Source: Candidatus Multivoradales bacterium
GTDB lineage: Bacteria; Acidobacteriota; Thermoanaerobaculia; Multivoradales; JAHEKO01
Assembly (NCBI GenBank): GCA_965223155.1
Contig: CBDCVR010000013.1
Span: 918,659 to 982,658 of the forward strand
Length of the DNA: 64,000 bases
Reading direction: 5' to 3'
Below the pieces are notes generated by a model, which saw nothing but the letters and a program-made list of their open reading frames with translations, was not told where the DNA came from and did no database searches. Shown one piece after another: positions 62,003 through 64,000 of this stretch (position 1 is its first letter; each line of letters opens with the position of its first letter). The position numbers and the translations under genes are program-made.

Positions 62003-63538
62003 CTAGTGGCCACCCGACTCCGCCAGCTCGAGCTTGCCGTCGGCGTTAGGCTCGAGTCGGTAGACGTCCCACTTCTTCAGGCTACTGCCGCTCGAGCGGT
62101 CGCGCTCGAGTTTTTGGGCCATGAGCACCTTGTGGCCGTCGGTGCGCAGGTTGATGGCCCCGAAGACGGTGACGTTGCGCTCGAGGATCTTCTCGGTGAC
62201 CTCCTTGAGTTTGGCGCGGATCACGTCCTTCTTGTCCGGGTCGGTCTCTTCGGCGAGATCGTCCTGGAGCTTGACCAGCTTCTGCTGCAGCTCGATCGGC
62301 TCGGCCTCGCGGGCCGAGCGGGCCAGCTCGGTCGAGAAGATGAGGGGCCGGTCCCCGCGCCCGAAACGGCCGATGGCGCCGAGCGTGTCCGAGCGCGGGT
62401 GGGCGTGCGATTCCTGGTCGCCGGACGAGACCACGGTCGCCGCCGGGTCGGTGGCTTCCAGGAACACGTTCATGAAGTCGGCGCTGCCATGGTGGCAGCT
62501 CTTGGCGACGTCACAGGAGAAGATCTCCCGCGCCAGAGCCACGAAGGCGCGGTGCTCGTCGGGCTCGGCGTCCGGACCCGGCACCTCGCGTCCCAGATGC
62601 TGTTCCAGCAGGAAGCGCTCGGCGGCCCAGTTGAGATCGCCCGAAAGCAAGAGCGAGACGTTCCGGTAGCGCAGCTTGAGCAGGACCGAGTGGCCGTTCT
62701 TGGTCTGGCCCTTGTCGAAGCCGCCTTTGCCGAACCGCTTGAACCAGCGCAACAGCGAGCGCTGGCCGTCGTCGGTCTCGACCACCGGGCCCAGGACCTC
62801 GATCGACAACTCCTGATCGGCCCCGTAGCCCGGCAGGAAGCCCTCCTCGCTGTGCGCCGTCGAGAGCATCGTGATCGCGTCCACCCGGCCGCTGGTGTCG
62901 GCCGTCGACAGGAGCTTGGGATAGCGCTTGTCGTGCTGGGGCTTGCTGCCCCTCCAGCGATGTCCCTGCTGGAGAAAGGCCTTGAGCCGCGAGCGGGTCT
63001 CCATGAGCTCGGTGAGGTAGCGGATCCCGTCGACGGTCTCGATCTCCCCCAAGACCTTCTTGTGATCGTTCGAGCGGGCCTCGATGATGCCGTTGTGGTA
63101 GACGGTACCGAACGAGACATTGGGTTCCTCGAAGAGCTTCTGGAAGCCCCGGTAGTGGTCCTGATCGGGATGGCTGATGACCGCCGACTCGAACTTCCAC
63201 TTCTTCTTGAAACCACCGTAGCGCCAGCGCAGGAAGCGAAACATGTTGTCGCGCTCGCCGGCGTCGACCACCATGTGCTTGTCCTTGGGCGTCACCACCA
63301 GGCACCCGTCCCCCTGGCCAACGTCAACGAAGACGACCTCCAGTAAGCGTTCCTCGGTCAGATCCTCGGCGCGCATGAAGCCGTCCACCCCGCGCACCCG
63401 AACCGGGAACCAGCCCTGGGACTTGGCGCCCTTGAGCCGGACCCAATCGCCCCAGAGCAGCTCGTGGATGTTCCTCTTGTCGCCAGGCTGGGCGAAGACC
63501 TTGGCGGTTGGATAGGTAGCGTACAGAAATTCGGCCAT
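62003..63538 (-). CDS. ComEC/Rec2-like metallo-beta-lactamase-fold protein with an SH3-like N-terminal domain and a coiled-coil C-terminal region
   Basis: Trimmed to ATG 63538 after GGGAGGTG. VFVDVGQGDGCLVV, ISHPDQDHYRGF, LLSGDL, KSCHHGSADF. The N-terminal WGDWVRLKGAKSQGWFPVRVRGVDGFMRAEDL is SH3b-like. No signal peptide. Confidence 0.75.
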   Translation of the reverse strand: MAEFLYATYPTAKVFAQPGDKRNIHELLWGDWVRLKGAKSQGWFPVRVRGVDGFMRAEDLTEERLLEVVFVDVGQGDGCLVVTPKDKHMVVDAGERDNMFRFLRWRYGGFKKKWKFESAVISHPDQDHYRGFQKLFEEPNVSFGTVYHNGIIEARSNDHKKVLGEIETVDGIRYLTELMETRSRLKAFLQQGHRWRGSKPQHDKRYPKLLSTADTSGRVDAITMLSTAHSEEGFLPGYGADQELSIEVLGPVVETDDGQRSLLRWFKRFGKGGFDKGQTKNGHSVLLKLRYRNVSLLLSGDLNWAAERFLLEQHLGREVPGPDAEPDEHRAFVALAREIFSCDVAKSCHHGSADFMNVFLEATDPAATVVSSGDQESHAHPRSDTLGAIGRFGRGDRPLIFSTELARSAREAEPIELQQKLVKLQDDLAEETDPDKKDVIRAKLKEVTEKILERNVTVFGAINLRTDGHKVLMAQKLERDRSSGSSLKKWDVYRLEPNADGKLELAESGGH

Positions 63539-63727
63539 TAGGCACCTCCCGAGAGAAAGCCTCCGGACCTTTCCGGCCCGAAAACCGGGCCCCGGCTTCC
63601 AGCGGCGAAGCCGCGACCGAACGGAACTACAACGACTTGTGGTGGGCCGAGTATACACAAGGCATCGAGTATCCTTGGCCGGATTTCACAGCCGGCCGGC
63701 TGCGGACGACGGCAGAAGGGACGACCC

Positions 63728-64000
63728 ATGAGCGAAACCACCAAGAAGCGGCGCTGGGCGATCGACTCGCTGGTCCTGATCTTCTCGATCGTGATCCTGG
63801 CTCAGGTCGTGACCTACCTGGTGCCCCAGGGCCGCTTCGAGCGCCAGCCCTACCCGAAGAACCCTTCCCGCGAGATGGTCGTCTCCGGCAGCTACGCGCC
63901 CGTGGCCGAGGCAAACGAAGTGACCTTGTCGCCCTGGCACTTCTTGACCGCAGTGCCGAAGGGGCTCGAAGCAGCGCAGGAGATCGTGTTCCTGATCTTC
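63728..64000 (+). CDS. YfcC-family (C4-dicarboxylate anaerobic carrier-like) membrane transporter, 5' partial
   Basis: My own translation gives MSETTKKRRWAIDSLVLIFSIVILAQVVTYLVPQGRFERQPY...EIVFLIF. It is open to the window end and so is missing from the ORF track. The N-terminal pattern matches YfcC-type proteins. Confidence 0.6.
   Translation, partial: MSETTKKRRWAIDSLVLIFSIVILAQVVTYLVPQGRFERQPYPKNPSREMVVSGSYAPVAEANEVTLSPWHFLTAVPKGLEAAQEIVFLIF

Noticed and set aside
62006-63346. 446-aa plus-strand ORF
   Set aside because: It is antisense to the MBL-fold gene, whose metal-binding motifs are unambiguous.
1-64000. tRNA, rRNA, CRISPR arrays, IS elements, integrases, prophage genes
   Set aside because: The intergenic regions are short (the longest are about 250 bp). 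None shows cloverleaf-like or repeat-spacer structure, and no ORF has transposase, integrase or phage motifs.

Overview
Very GC-rich bacterial chromosomal window, judged by eye rather than computed. Lnt, an outer-membrane beta-barrel protein and many lipobox lipoproteins point to a diderm organism. The phylum cannot be fixed from sequence alone. I support about 57 protein-coding genes. I saw no rRNA, tRNA, CRISPR array, transposase or integrase. Many long ORFs in the track are antisense or out-of-frame artefacts of the GC content (Arg/Pro/Gly-rich, no recognisable motifs) and were rejected. Several track ORFs also needed shorter starts, where an RBS or an ATGA/GTGA overlap marks the real start.

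Content:
- Envelope and housekeeping genes: prfB with its classical +1 frameshift site, lnt, a SPOR protein, an SPFH/NfeD pair, pssA and ppc.
- Glycosyltransferases of the GT4, GT39/83-like and GT2 types.
- A minus-strand sulfur-linked molybdoenzyme operon: two YeeE/YedE half-transporters, a fused FeS/NrfD subunit, a catalytic subunit with no Tat signal, and a TorD-like chaperone. A 7-haem cytochrome c-TPR protein lies beside it.
- A DUF1800/DUF1501 pair.
- An S8 protease with a knottin-like Cys-rich tail.
- A haloalkane dehalogenase, a patatin, and a LOG/Nudix/NTPDase neighbourhood.
- An animal-type haem peroxidase and a ComEC-like MBL protein.

Best candidate for an uncharacterised system: the orphan PqqD (RRE) / HPr-kinase-like P-loop kinase / NTP_transf_5 nucleotidyltransferase cassette at 47954-50623. 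It has no recognisable precursor peptide or core RiPP enzyme nearby.

Second candidate: a 74-codon Cys-rich reading frame at 61778-62002. It is paralogous to the S8 protease tail, continues in frame directly after the TAG stop of the MBL gene, and ends in a GTGA overlap with the peroxidase start.

All family calls come from motif recognition by eye. No searches were run.
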